Positions 37,368-47,507 of a stretch of 64,000 bases of DNA are shown here, piece by piece. Numbering within the stretch: position 1 is the stretch's first letter; each line of letters begins with the position of its first letter. The translations under genes and the position numbers were made by a program. The notes under the pieces are model-generated. The model was given only the letters and a program-made list of their open reading frames with translations. It did no database searches and was not told the DNA's origin. Origin of the DNA: a virus (taxonomy: Duplodnaviria > Heunggongvirae > Uroviricota > Caudoviricetes); the IMG/VR virus record IMGVR_UViG_3300031920_000341, positions 1 to 64,000 of that record; one strand, given 5' to 3'.

Positions 37368-37676
37368 TTATCTTATGAACTCACCTTTTATTGTAAATGA
37401 TTTCCATTCTATACTTTCATTATTCTGTAGTATTTTTTTTATTTTAAATAATTTACTACTTAATCGTATATTTGAGTTTACTCGTATAAATGGACCGCCT
37501 GTGAATTCTATGGATTTAATACTGTTTCCAGCACTATTTCCAAATCCAAGTGTTGTTGCATAAATATCTTTTGCTTTTATTGTTATGGTTTCTTCGTTAA
37601 TTACATTAACATATCGTTCATCGGCATATTTTGAATAAATAACATGCTTTGAACTATGATTAGTTCTTTGTGACAT
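37368..37676 (-). CDS. hypothetical protein
   Basis: 102-aa ORF; F.GGPFI motif. Confidence 0.5.
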   Translation of the reverse strand: MSQRTNHSSKHVIYSKYADERYVNVINEETITIKAKDIYATTLGFGNSAGNSIKSIEFTGGPFIRVNSNIRLSSKLFKIKKILQNNESIEWKSFTIKGEFIR

Positions 37677-37703
37677 ACAAATATTTTGTAAGTTTTTAAT
37701 ATG

Positions 37704-37732
37704 AAAAGAGGACCAGTCTGGCTGGTCCTCTT
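37704..37732 (-). terminator. intrinsic terminator
   Basis: AAGAGGACCAG/CTGGTCCTCTT stem followed by U-run on - strand. Confidence 0.75.
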
Positions 37733-37738
37733 GGTAAG

Positions 37739-38656
37739 TTAAATTATTTCTGCTTTGGTTGCTGGACGGTATCCTTTCTTTTCAGCAGATTCTTGTGTTA
37801 TCTTTGTTACTCTTTTACCTGTATAATACCAATACAGTTTTTTGCCTGTTCTAGTTTCACCTGCTTCATGCATTTCTTCAATTGCTTCTTTATCTTCGCT
37901 TACATGTTTTGGAATATCTTCATCAATAGGTTCTATTATATCTAAATGTATAGGTTCATCTGGAAAATCAATAATAGGTTCTATAATATCTAAATGTATA
38001 GGTTCTATTAAATCAGGATGCTCAATATATTCTGGTTTAATTTTAAATATAGCATATATTATACCTACGGTATCACTAGCCCATTTTAATTTATATTTAG
38101 TTAATAAACTAAGAATATAATCCATATTTAATAAATTAGCTTTAATTATGTTTTCTTGAGTTATATTATCCAATGTATAGTTTGAATCTATGTTAAATGT
38201 AACTGGGCCTGATCTATAATTCAAAACAATTTCTTTTGCATTAGAATCATTAAGTTTTGTTAAAAACTCATCAGCAATTATTTTATGTGGTAAGTGATGA
38301 ATAACATTAAAACATGTTATTACATCAGGTGGAGTAATAAATAGATTATCAATATACCCATCACCAAGATTTAATTCATATTCAAATTCTGTATTGTCTA
38401 ATACATCTTTAGTTAGCTCTAATGCTTTTTTAACTATATCACTACCTATATATTTTTCAATCTGGTATTTATTTAAATATAACATTTCAGGTAACCATCC
38501 GCCACCGCATCCTATATCAGTTATTACTTTATTTGTTAAATCAATCTGACTTAACCAACCATTTTCCCAATTTTTAATTGTTGGGGTTTTGTGTTTATTT
38601 GTTGCATGTAATAACCAAGCATGTGTGTTATTCCAAAATTTTTCAATATTAATCAT
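37739..38656 (-). CDS. SAM-dependent methyltransferase with EPIHLDII repeat linker and small basic C-terminal domain
   Basis: DIGCGGG, YIGSDI, DVITCFNVIHHLP; 48-nt duplication ~37926-38005; TATAAATA at 38676-38683 (-). Confidence 0.8.
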   Translation of the reverse strand: MINIEKFWNNTHAWLLHATNKHKTPTIKNWENGWLSQIDLTNKVITDIGCGGGWLPEMLYLNKYQIEKYIGSDIVKKALELTKDVLDNTEFEYELNLGDGYIDNLFITPPDVITCFNVIHHLPHKIIADEFLTKLNDSNAKEIVLNYRSGPVTFNIDSNYTLDNITQENIIKANLLNMDYILSLLTKYKLKWASDTVGIIYAIFKIKPEYIEHPDLIEPIHLDIIEPIIDFPDEPIHLDIIEPIDEDIPKHVSEDKEAIEEMHEAGETRTGKKLYWYYTGKRVTKITQESAEKKGYRPATKAEII

Positions 38657-38723
38657 AACTATTGATTTTTTTTATTATTTATATTAAAATCATTATTAAT
38701 TTATTTCTAATAAACAATATACA

Positions 38724-39542
38724 CTAAAGTGTGAAGTTTTTTAGATCTTCAAGTTGTGTTTTTATATCAGGAATATAATATAACATATTGTAGATAGAAC
38801 ATAAAGATTTGTCATGTGCTTCATTTGCATCAACTGGTTCTATTTTTATATTAAGATCATATACTTCATTAATAATTGAAACCAATTCATATTTAGTAAC
38901 ATGTTCAATAAATAAATGTCGAATACCTTCCCAATATTCACCATTGCTTATAATAGATCCTATTATTTCAGCAAGTTTAAGGCAAGTTATACCACTCCAA
39001 ATATGGTTTTTATATCCTGATACTGTTTTATTTTTATTCGATTTAACCCATTCTAATAGAGATACTTTATTATGTAATTCTTCTCCAACAATAGATGTTC
39101 TTATTACTGTACAGTCTTTTGGTTCACCTAATGCTTTTGATTTACCATAAATATCAGTTGCATCTGGAGTATGTATTTCAGAATAATTACCTTCTTTGCC
39201 ACTAAAAACACAATCAGTTGATATGTGAATTAACTCATAATTATAGTTTTTAGTAAATGTATTTAAGTTATGTGGCAATAGTGAATTAAGCGTAATAAAA
39301 TCACCATCTGTATATTCTCTAGTAGATAGTCGTTGTGGTATTAATCCAACACAATTTATTATTACATCACCTTCATTTAAATTATATGGTAAAAATACTG
39401 CTGCTAGTTTGGGTATGGTATTTAAGTGTAAGAAATCCATTTCATTACTTGTTATTGGAATTACTTCAGTAAATATTGAACTAAGATATTTAAACACATA
39501 TCTACCTAACATTCCATTAGCACCTAATACTATTATTTTCAT
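38724..39542 (-). CDS. RmlD-like NDP-4-keto-6-deoxysugar reductase (WbvR/QnlB-type)
   Basis: LGANGMLG, INCVG, HISTDCVFSG, YGKSK, RTSIVG. Confidence 0.88.
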   Translation of the reverse strand: MKIIVLGANGMLGRYVFKYLSSIFTEVIPITSNEMDFLHLNTIPKLAAVFLPYNLNEGDVIINCVGLIPQRLSTREYTDGDFITLNSLLPHNLNTFTKNYNYELIHISTDCVFSGKEGNYSEIHTPDATDIYGKSKALGEPKDCTVIRTSIVGEELHNKVSLLEWVKSNKNKTVSGYKNHIWSGITCLKLAEIIGSIISNGEYWEGIRHLFIEHVTKYELVSIINEVYDLNIKIEPVDANEAHDKSLCSIYNMLYYIPDIKTQLEDLKNFTL

Positions 39543-39548
39543 AGTTTT

Positions 39549-40541
39549 TTATTTTTTTAAAAAATCACAATCAGATAACAATTGAAATAAAAATTTATCT
39601 GGTTGTATATTATCTTCAGAAGAAAATTCTTCAAAGTCAACCATCTTCGCTTTATCATAAAAATATGTGCGATTTATATTCAATTGTGGTAATATTACAT
39701 AATAATTCTGATTGAATTTATATGTGCTTTGTGATTCATGTTTAGAAATCAAAAGTTCATGTAATTTCTCACTTTCACGCATTCCAATTTCTTTTATTGT
39801 TGTTTCTTCATTACCATATGATTTAATCAAGATATTTGCTAAATCACTTATAAAAAATGATGGCATATTCATAACAAAGATTTCACCACCTACGCTATTT
39901 TCAACAGCTTCAAATAGTAAACCAATTGCTTGAGGTAATGTTAAAAAATATCTGGTCATTCTAGTATCTGTTATTGTTATTTCATTTTCATTCCTTATTT
40001 GATCAATAAAGAATGGTAAAACACTACCATTTGAACCTAATACATTACCACCACGAATACATATAAAATCTGTATCAGTTGTTAAACTATTTGCTTGAAT
40101 TGTGATTTTCTCGCCTATTGCTTTAGTCATTCCATATAAATTAGATGGCGATACTGCTTTATCTGTTGATACATCAATAAATTTAGTTACTTTATATTTA
40201 ATTGCAATATTAATTAAATTTGTAGTTCCTACTATATTTGTTTTTATTGCTTCTTGTGGTTGATTTTCACATATGGGTACATGTTTTAATGCAGCTAAAT
40301 GAAATACATAATCAATATCATTTATACTAAACATTTGATCTAATACATTTAAATCACGTATATCACCGATTACAAATTTAATTTTTTCATCATTAAATTT
40401 ACGTTGCATATTAACTTGTGCAAATTCACCTCGTGAAAATATAATAATCTTTTTTGGTTTTTTATCTAATAATTGTTTAGTTAATTCATTTCCCCATGAA
40501 CCAGAACCACCTGTTATTAAAATAGTTTTATCATTAAACAT
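39549..40541 (-). CDS. UDP-GlcNAc 4,6-dehydratase/5-epimerase (FnlA/PseB family)
   Basis: ITGGSGSWG, FSRGE, HLAALKHVP.CE, STDKAV, YGMTK, R.GNVLGSNGSV.P, MTRY. Confidence 0.92.
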   Translation of the reverse strand: MFNDKTILITGGSGSWGNELTKQLLDKKPKKIIIFSRGEFAQVNMQRKFNDEKIKFVIGDIRDLNVLDQMFSINDIDYVFHLAALKHVPICENQPQEAIKTNIVGTTNLINIAIKYKVTKFIDVSTDKAVSPSNLYGMTKAIGEKITIQANSLTTDTDFICIRGGNVLGSNGSVLPFFIDQIRNENEITITDTRMTRYFLTLPQAIGLLFEAVENSVGGEIFVMNMPSFFISDLANILIKSYGNEETTIKEIGMRESEKLHELLISKHESQSTYKFNQNYYVILPQLNINRTYFYDKAKMVDFEEFSSEDNIQPDKFLFQLLSDCDFLKK

Positions 40542-40550
40542 TGTTTATTA

Positions 40551-41612
40551 TTATTTTCCTAATAGAATTTTTATTACTTTATCTGAAACATTAATACAAG
40601 AATAATCTTCCATTAAATTCCATGATATTTCTAAATTCGTTATATTATTATAAGAATTAATCATAGTATCATAATCTATTCCAGTAAGTATAGTTGAACC
40701 ATTTTCGATTAATTCTTGTCGTTCAGTAGATTCTCGTATTATTAAAGAAGGAATATTAAATATTGTGGTTTCTTCTGTTACTGTACCCGAATCACTAATA
40801 ACACAGAATGCATTCTTTTCTAATTTAACAAAATCAAAAAATCCAATAGGTTCAATTAAAATAAGATTTTCATTTATTTTAATTTCACTTTTAATTTTAG
40901 ATTTTGTTCTTGGATGGATTGGAAATATTACTGTTTTATCTAATGATATTGTATTTAAAAATTTAAATATTTCTAATAAATTTTTATTATTATCAACATT
41001 TTCTGATCTATGGATAGTTGTTAATATATATTCTTTTTGTATATTTAATTTATTTAAAATATTGCTATTATCAATTTCCTTTTGATAATAATGTAATACT
41101 TCATAAATAGGATTACCTATTTTATAAACAAAATTTTTATGAAACCCTTCATTTAATAGATTATATTTACTATTTTCAGTATATGGTAAATTATATGTTG
41201 ATGTTAAATCAATTATTTTTCTATTGATTTCTTCTGGAACTCTATCATCATAACAACGATTACCAGCTTCCATATGATAAATTGGAATTTTATATTTTTC
41301 ACATATAATAGAAAGTAATCCAGTGTTAGTATCACCCAAGATTAATATTTTATCTGGATTTTCTCTTTTTAATATCTTTTCAAATTCAATAATGGAATTT
41401 CCAAAAAATTCACCAAATGAATTGAATAAAAAATCAAAATAATAATTTGGATTTCTTATATTTAAATCTTCAAAAAATATAGTACTTAAATTCTTATCAT
41501 AATTTTGATTTGTGTATACCAATACATGTTCAACTAAGTTATCTAATTTTTTAATTATCAAACTGAGTCTAATTAATTCTGGTCGCGTTCCTGCTATTGT
41601 TAGTACTTTCAT
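40551..41612 (-). CDS. non-hydrolysing UDP-HexNAc 2-epimerase (FnlC/WbvD type)
   Basis: GTRPELIRL, T.QNYD..L, LGDTN, HMEAGNR..D.RVPEE.NR, SDSGT..EE, ERQE. Confidence 0.92.
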   Translation of the reverse strand: MKVLTIAGTRPELIRLSLIIKKLDNLVEHVLVYTNQNYDKNLSTIFFEDLNIRNPNYYFDFLFNSFGEFFGNSIIEFEKILKRENPDKILILGDTNTGLLSIICEKYKIPIYHMEAGNRCYDDRVPEEINRKIIDLTSTYNLPYTENSKYNLLNEGFHKNFVYKIGNPIYEVLHYYQKEIDNSNILNKLNIQKEYILTTIHRSENVDNNKNLLEIFKFLNTISLDKTVIFPIHPRTKSKIKSEIKINENLILIEPIGFFDFVKLEKNAFCVISDSGTVTEETTIFNIPSLIIRESTERQELIENGSTILTGIDYDTMINSYNNITNLEISWNLMEDYSCINVSDKVIKILLGK

Positions 41613-42160
41613 TAAAATTTATATGTTCTACTTTCTACATTAAGTTCATAAAATCCCTTTTTAGCAATTTCATCTAATTTCTTAGTTAAATAATTTTTAA
41701 CTCTGTCTTGCCAAATTTTAGAATTTATTGTTTTTACTTCACCATCATGAATAGTAGAATAATGATTTTGTTTAATATATTCAATTGATATTCGATCTAA
41801 CATCTCACCAATACTATATACAATATCATCACTCATCCAAGTTTCAGTTTCATATTCTTTAACTTTACTAAACATTTTATGAATAATCTTATTGATATTT
41901 AATTTACTATTAACTCTCATTTCCCCAACAGTTCTGGCCATATTTTCAAAATATGCTATCTTTTTATAATCAATATCAACCTCTTTTCTACATGCTATAA
42001 TTTCCATATTTGCTTTATAACAAGTAAAATTACTATCACATAATATTATTAGATCATTTTGTATATTTTCATAAATATCTGAACTATTGATAAATACAAT
42101 ATTTCTTAATTCATCAATTAGATTACGAAAATTTATATTCATTAATATTGCTTCTTTCAT
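41612..42160 (-). CDS. DUF4254-like helical protein
   Basis: SIGEMLDRISIEYIK; such proteins are typical of glycan loci. Confidence 0.5.
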   Translation of the reverse strand: MKEAILMNINFRNLIDELRNIVFINSSDIYENIQNDLIILCDSNFTCYKANMEIIACRKEVDIDYKKIAYFENMARTVGEMRVNSKLNINKIIHKMFSKVKEYETETWMSDDIVYSIGEMLDRISIEYIKQNHYSTIHDGEVKTINSKIWQDRVKNYLTKKLDEIAKKGFYELNVESRTYKF

Positions 42161-42191
42161 ATTACTAATCTTATTTTTATATTATATTAAA

Positions 42192-42749
42192 TTAAATTGA
42201 TTTGTTTCGATGTAATTTCATTTTATTAATTACAGGAATTTCTAAAAAATCACATATTTTTATTACTGAATCATCATCTTGTGTAATATCTATTGTTAAT
42301 AAATCATGTAATCTATCTTTAAAATAATTCTCAACCATTAATTTATGTGAGTCATAAACAAAAGAAAACCTATCTTTATTAAAATAATAAGTACCAAATG
42401 TTATTAAATGGTGATGTATAGTTTCCTGTTTTGAATTAGGATTATTAATCATACGATCCCAATGCTTTTTAATTGATACTAACCAACTTGATTTTTTTCT
42501 GATTGTATAAATAAATTTACTATTGGGATAAGTTTTATCTACTTGAGGAAATATCATTTCAAATGCATTAGTTATACCATGGTATCTGTTTAATGTATCA
42601 AATGTGTAAATTCCCTTATACATCTTATTTCTTATTTCTTCACATACTGGACTACCAAAATGTATAGTTTTTATATTATTGTTATTTAATATACCAGTTA
42701 AACTAGATGTAGCAGTTTTTGGTAATCCTATTCCAATTACTTTATTCAT
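42192..42749 (-). CDS. sulfotransferase-family protein
   Basis: KVIGIGLPKTATSSL (5'-PSB), YPNSKFIYTIR...SWL.S (3'-PB), ICDFL. Confidence 0.85.
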   Translation of the reverse strand: MNKVIGIGLPKTATSSLTGILNNNNIKTIHFGSPVCEEIRNKMYKGIYTFDTLNRYHGITNAFEMIFPQVDKTYPNSKFIYTIRKKSSWLVSIKKHWDRMINNPNSKQETIHHHLITFGTYYFNKDRFSFVYDSHKLMVENYFKDRLHDLLTIDITQDDDSVIKICDFLEIPVINKMKLHRNKSI

Positions 42750-43502
42750 TTATTCATTAGACATATTTTCAGCACCCTTTGGTCTCTTACCTTTTCTTTC
42801 AACAGCTTCATAATGATAAACAATAGAATCCATGCTCATTGTAAATTTAGCACCAGCATCATGACAACGTTGAAAAAAATTTCTATCTGGTGTACCATTC
42901 TTTAATGTTAATTCCCAAGGACCAGCTATTTCCCAAAATCTTTTTGGAATTAAATATGGCATAGTATTAGTATTTTTCCAACCACCTCTTTGTTGTTCAG
43001 TTTCTAATTTATCAGATTGGTATAGTTTTTTATACAACTCATTAAAATCAGACATATTAAATTTTCCATATTCTGGAATTCCAAGATTAGCATGAACAAC
43101 ATGTTTACCAATATTTTTAGGATGAATATGTATTGAGTTAACAATATCATTTTCATTGGCATGTTTCATTAAATTAATTAACCAATCTTTACCAAAATAC
43201 TGGTCAGTATTAACTAAACCACAATAATTATTTAATTCAAACCCATAATTAAACCCATCATTCATCATTCCCCTTAAATTTGGAACATAACCAACATTAT
43301 CAATAGTTTTATGCTCAATTATATGAATATTTCTATATTGTTTTAAATCTTCTAAATAATAAATAACTTCTTGTGAAGGTAACCATGTTACTACAATATA
43401 ATCAAAATTATCTGTACCTGCATTATTATAAATTGAATCAGTTGAAAATTTTAACATTTCTAATGCTGTTGAAACACAATTAAAAATTGATACTCTTTCC
43501 AT
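42750..43502 (-). CDS. GT-A fold glycosyltransferase (GT2-like)
   Basis: N.GF, LVNTDQYF..DWL, W...GPW, D..FF, VYH. Confidence 0.7.
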   Translation of the reverse strand: MERVSIFNCVSTALEMLKFSTDSIYNNAGTDNFDYIVVTWLPSQEVIYYLEDLKQYRNIHIIEHKTIDNVGYVPNLRGMMNDGFNYGFELNNYCGLVNTDQYFGKDWLINLMKHANENDIVNSIHIHPKNIGKHVVHANLGIPEYGKFNMSDFNELYKKLYQSDKLETEQQRGGWKNTNTMPYLIPKRFWEIAGPWELTLKNGTPDRNFFQRCHDAGAKFTMSMDSIVYHYEAVERKGKRPKGAENMSNE

Positions 43503-44077
43503 TACTTTAATTTTATTTTTTCTTTTATTGCTAAAAATGCATCATCGCAATTTAGTTCACTGAATATATAAATATCATATCCATGTTTCTCATATAATGA
43601 TGGATCTAAATTAATTAAATGTTTTTGATATTTATTATTTGTTTTTGTTATACATAAATCATTATTACTTTTTCCAACTGGTCCACCTAAAATAGCATAT
43701 TTATAATTCATATTTTCAATTCTATTAAATATGATATCGTGTTCTTCTTGTGTTATATGTTCTAATGTATGATGACAAATAATTACATCAAAATCATCTT
43801 TAATATCATAATCTAATATATTCATACATATATAATCGCCAGGAGGACCATTTTTTCTTCTCCATAATACATCAGCTTCAAAAATATCAATACCCTTTAT
43901 ATCTTTACTATTAAATACAGAATATAATAAATCATTTTCTGGAAAATGCATAGGATGTGAAACAAATGAACCACATCCTAAATCTAAAACAGTTGTTATA
44001 CTGTTTAAATCTAACTTTTCTTTAAGCATATTAATTATTGAGTGAATTCTTTTCATAATTTTTAATTTATTTTCCAA
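43502..44077 (-). CDS. SAM-dependent methyltransferase
   Basis: VLDLGCG, GIDI, FDVIIC.HTLEHI. Confidence 0.85.
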   Translation of the reverse strand: MENKLKIMKRIHSIINMLKEKLDLNSITTVLDLGCGSFVSHPMHFPENDLLYSVFNSKDIKGIDIFEADVLWRRKNGPPGDYICMNILDYDIKDDFDVIICHHTLEHITQEEHDIIFNRIENMNYKYAILGGPVGKSNNDLCITKTNNKYQKHLINLDPSLYEKHGYDIYIFSELNCDDAFLAIKEKIKLK

Positions 44078-44670
44078 ATACTCATACTACGCTTCCATCT
44101 ATCTTCATTATGAATTTCTAATGGTTCACCTAAATCAAAGGGTTCAATTTCTAAATTTATTGGTTTCCATCCACATTCCATTTTTAATTCCTTTGGAGTT
44201 AATTCATTGTTCTTTTTAACCCACCTTTGTTCAGTTGCTAATAAATATGTAGATTTACTATCCTTAAAATTTTTAAGTGTTCGTGATACAAAATCATTAG
44301 GTAAATGAAATAAACAATCTCTACAAATTATTAAATCGGTTTTAGGTAATATTTCTTCACACATATCAAATTCAATAAATTTAACATTTGGATTTTCTTC
44401 TTTATTTCTTTGAATAATTAAATCATTAATATCATATCCTATATAATCAATATTTCTATTAGGTAAATCTAACAAGTATATCCAATTTTGATATACGCCA
44501 CTTGGACTATCACTAATAGATGTAATATTATATTTTTTTAATATATCATTTATAAAATCAATAGTTCCTTCCTCTTTGATATGTTTATCAACTGAACCCG
44601 GTCCATTTGGTGGTAATTTTTTCCCCACCTGTAAGTTATAATAATACTTTTGTGATTCTTTTAATTTCAT
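44062..44670 (-). CDS. SAM-dependent methyltransferase (glycan-locus type)
   Basis: GPGS, YIGYDI, LP..DLIICRDCLFHL, W.PINL...PF. Confidence 0.8.
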   Translation of the reverse strand: MKLKESQKYYYNLQVGKKLPPNGPGSVDKHIKEEGTIDFINDILKKYNITSISDSPSGVYQNWIYLLDLPNRNIDYIGYDINDLIIQRNKEENPNVKFIEFDMCEEILPKTDLIICRDCLFHLPNDFVSRTLKNFKDSKSTYLLATEQRWVKKNNELTPKELKMECGWKPINLEIEPFDLGEPLEIHNEDRWKRSMSIWKIN

Positions 44671-44672
44671 AA

Positions 44673-45200
44673 TTATTTCTCCCAAATATATGTTCCAATT
44701 TTTACTAATCCATTTGGATTAAATCCTACATGAATTGATTTATAATTAAATAGACTTGTCAATTCTTCATCTTTCCATTGATATAAATGACTTTCATATG
44801 GATTTCCTATCTTATTACCATCTTGTTTACATAAAGAAATTGGTATTGATAAATATATTTTTTTAATGTGCTTTATGGCCTCTTTCATAAATATAATAGC
44901 ATTATCATAAGTTAAATGTTCTAATACATCACCTAATATCATTATATCATATTTCTTTTTTGTATAATCAAAATTAAGCATATTAACATTAAATAAATTA
45001 TCATAATGCTCATCTAATTTAAATTTTACTATATTAGGTTTCCATATTTCAACACCATCTATTGATTTAACTTTACCTTTGAGTTTTTTACCCCATTTTC
45101 CTTCACCTGCTCCAATATCTAAAACATTAGTATCGGATGTTTTTAAAATTTCTTGGAATATTAATTCTATTCCACCATCGGGTTGTTGTGATTCTGGCAT
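44673..45200 (-). CDS. SAM-dependent methyltransferase
   Basis: VLDIGAGEGKWG, GVEIW, YD...LGDVLEHL, NPYE.H. Confidence 0.85.
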   Translation of the reverse strand: MPESQQPDGGIELIFQEILKTSDTNVLDIGAGEGKWGKKLKGKVKSIDGVEIWKPNIVKFKLDEHYDNLFNVNMLNFDYTKKKYDIMILGDVLEHLTYDNAIIFMKEAIKHIKKIYLSIPISLCKQDGNKIGNPYESHLYQWKDEELTSLFNYKSIHVGFNPNGLVKIGTYIWEK

Positions 45201-45203
45201 AAC

Positions 45204-46070
45204 TTAGTTTATTATTTTTTTTATGATATCTCTTACTGAGTTATCAAATTGCATGTAATTATCAGCTGTAACTTTATCATTATATGGTCTCGAATGACTA
45301 GGATTTCCACCATACCAATGGATTCCTACTACATTTTTATGTATCATTTGACTATTATTTTCTGAAAAAGTCATTGCTGCAGATTGTTTAATATTTGTTT
45401 TAGCAAAAGGAAAGACAATATCTTCATCCATTTTATGTATTTTTAAATCTGTAAATTTATTTATAATTGCATATAAAGATGAATAGCCAATTGCATTTGT
45501 ACCACATGACTCATATACAGCAGGATTATATTTTTTAATACTATTGTGATATATCTCCTCATATAGTCTATTCTTGCCGTCTAGTGTGACCTTAGAGACC
45601 ATGAAGGATACTGGGATATAATTCTTCCAATAGTCATAATTACTAAGATTAACATTGGCATCCCAATCTATTAATTCATTTTCATCTAATGTATTACAAA
45701 AAAGAATATCCATATCAGCAACAATACAAGTTCGTGTAGCTAATAAATACCAATTAAGTATATCTTTAAACTGAACATTACATATATCTTTAATATTCTT
45801 AAGTTCGATTGGAACTATATTTTCTATGTTTATTATATTCAATTTAGGTATATCAAATAGCTTTAATCTATAATCTTCACCATTATAAAATTCATCATCT
45901 TGTTTTGGTTCTTTTATTGATTTATTCCATTTATTAGTATTAGGCTTTTTATCATCTAATATTAAGTTAATAGTCCATTCTGGGTTATGAAAGCTAAATG
46001 ACTTTATTGTCAAATATCTTAAAAATGACATTGATTGATTTCCCCAGAAAAAATATATTTGCTTTTCCAT
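45204..46070 (-). CDS. DXD glycosyltransferase (GT32-like)
   Basis: IYFFWG...SFLRYLT..SF...NPEW, D......L, ADMDILF, GIHWYGG. Confidence 0.75.
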   Translation of the reverse strand: MEKQIYFFWGNQSMSFLRYLTIKSFSFHNPEWTINLILDDKKPNTNKWNKSIKEPKQDDEFYNGEDYRLKLFDIPKLNIINIENIVPIELKNIKDICNVQFKDILNWYLLATRTCIVADMDILFCNTLDENELIDWDANVNLSNYDYWKNYIPVSFMVSKVTLDGKNRLYEEIYHNSIKKYNPAVYESCGTNAIGYSSLYAIINKFTDLKIHKMDEDIVFPFAKTNIKQSAAMTFSENNSQMIHKNVVGIHWYGGNPSHSRPYNDKVTADNYMQFDNSVRDIIKKIIN

Positions 46071-46077
46071 GTTCGCT

Positions 46078-46851
46078 TTATTTTTTATTTACATGTATAA
46101 TAGATTCTTGTTGAATTTCAGCATACAGTAGATTATTCTTCTTTGTTAAAACTGGTTCATATATGGTTGGTTTATGATGTTGATGTAAAACAAATGGATT
46201 ATCTATCATTACGATATTCATGTTCATTCGTTTTATCCTTAATACAAATTCCATATCATCTCTACCTATTCCATATGCAAATCGTTCATCAAATCCACCA
46301 AGTTTATCTAGATCCTTTTTGCTTATAGCACTACAAAAGTGTAATAATGCTGGTCTATACTTACTGTGTTGATACCAAGCAGAGTCTTTAGTATTAAATA
46401 ATCTTCTATTTTTTATTGGTTGTATTACATCAAAAGCTTTTTTTCCTTTACTTATATTTTCAAATTCCTTTTTATTGCTTGCATAACAACCAAATACCAA
46501 ATATTTGTTATCTTCTATTTCACGATTTACTGTTTTAATTAATTCACCAATATGTAAACATTCGGGATTTTGAATTATTACAACATCACCAGTTACTTTA
46601 GCGAAGCCTATATTATATGGTACAGATGGATTAACCCACCATTTATCTTTTTTTGAAATTTTAATTACAGTTATATCTAATTTGTTAAATAAATGAGGCA
46701 TATCATCTATATTATGTTCATCTGAGCTATTATCATTAACTATGATTATTTCTAAATTATCATAATGTTGATTCATAATAGAATTAAGTGTATTTATGAG
46801 ATGGATCCTACGATTATAATATGACATTACTATAGAAATTTTCATATACAT
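46078..46851 (-). CDS. GT2 glycosyltransferase
   Basis: ISIVMSYYNR, EIIIVND.S, N.G, IQNPEC.H, GGFDERF..G...DD.EF. Confidence 0.9.
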   Translation of the reverse strand: MYMKISIVMSYYNRRIHLINTLNSIMNQHYDNLEIIIVNDNSSDEHNIDDMPHLFNKLDITVIKISKKDKWWVNPSVPYNIGFAKVTGDVVIIQNPECLHIGELIKTVNREIEDNKYLVFGCYASNKKEFENISKGKKAFDVIQPIKNRRLFNTKDSAWYQHSKYRPALLHFCSAISKKDLDKLGGFDERFAYGIGRDDMEFVLRIKRMNMNIVMIDNPFVLHQHHKPTIYEPVLTKKNNLLYAEIQQESIIHVNKK

Positions 46852-46852
46852 A

Positions 46853-47503
46853 TTAATTTTTTATCCATGTTGTAAATCCCATATTTTTACTACTACTTTT
46901 AGCTAATTTATGAGATTCTCTCCAAATTCTACCAATATCATTTACGATTATATTACCCTCTGAAATTGAATTATATTCAGGATAATTTAGCATAATATAA
47001 TTAGACTCAATTTGTCTTAATTGTAATTCTGGACAATTATTAAATAATAATTTTTTTGCCATACTTTGTGTCCAACTGCCTTTAAATAAACCAGGAGAAA
47101 GTCTAATTCTAAATTTATTTGAATTAAAGAGATATGCATTTAAACTTACACCAAGAATATTATTATCTGAATCAATCATTTTTATAAGTGTATTAATATC
47201 AACTGGTCTATTTAATAACCAATCATCTTCAAGATTAAATACATACTTAGATATTGCATTTTTCCATACCCAACTTAATGCTTTAGGAAAATTACCTTTT
47301 TTAGGAAAATTACATTTTACTGTATTAAAGTATTGTTTTGCTACATTAACAACATCAATTTGGTTTGTTGTTGGTATTGGATCAATATTTATGTATAATG
47401 TACAATCTTTAATATCTATTCCATATAAATTTTTACTAAAACTAGAATATGTTTTATCAATTAAATCAGGTCGTACTGTTGCTGTTGTTGTAAATGATAT
47501 CAT
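46853..47503 (-). CDS. GT-A fold glycosyltransferase
   Basis: TAT.RPD, INIDP, YVFNLEDDW. Confidence 0.7.
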   Translation of the reverse strand: MISFTTTATVRPDLIDKTYSSFSKNLYGIDIKDCTLYINIDPIPTTNQIDVVNVAKQYFNTVKCNFPKKGNFPKALSWVWKNAISKYVFNLEDDWLLNRPVDINTLIKMIDSDNNILGVSLNAYLFNSNKFRIRLSPGLFKGSWTQSMAKKLLFNNCPELQLRQIESNYIMLNYPEYNSISEGNIIVNDIGRIWRESHKLAKSSSKNMGFTTWIKN

Positions 47504-47507
47504 AATT

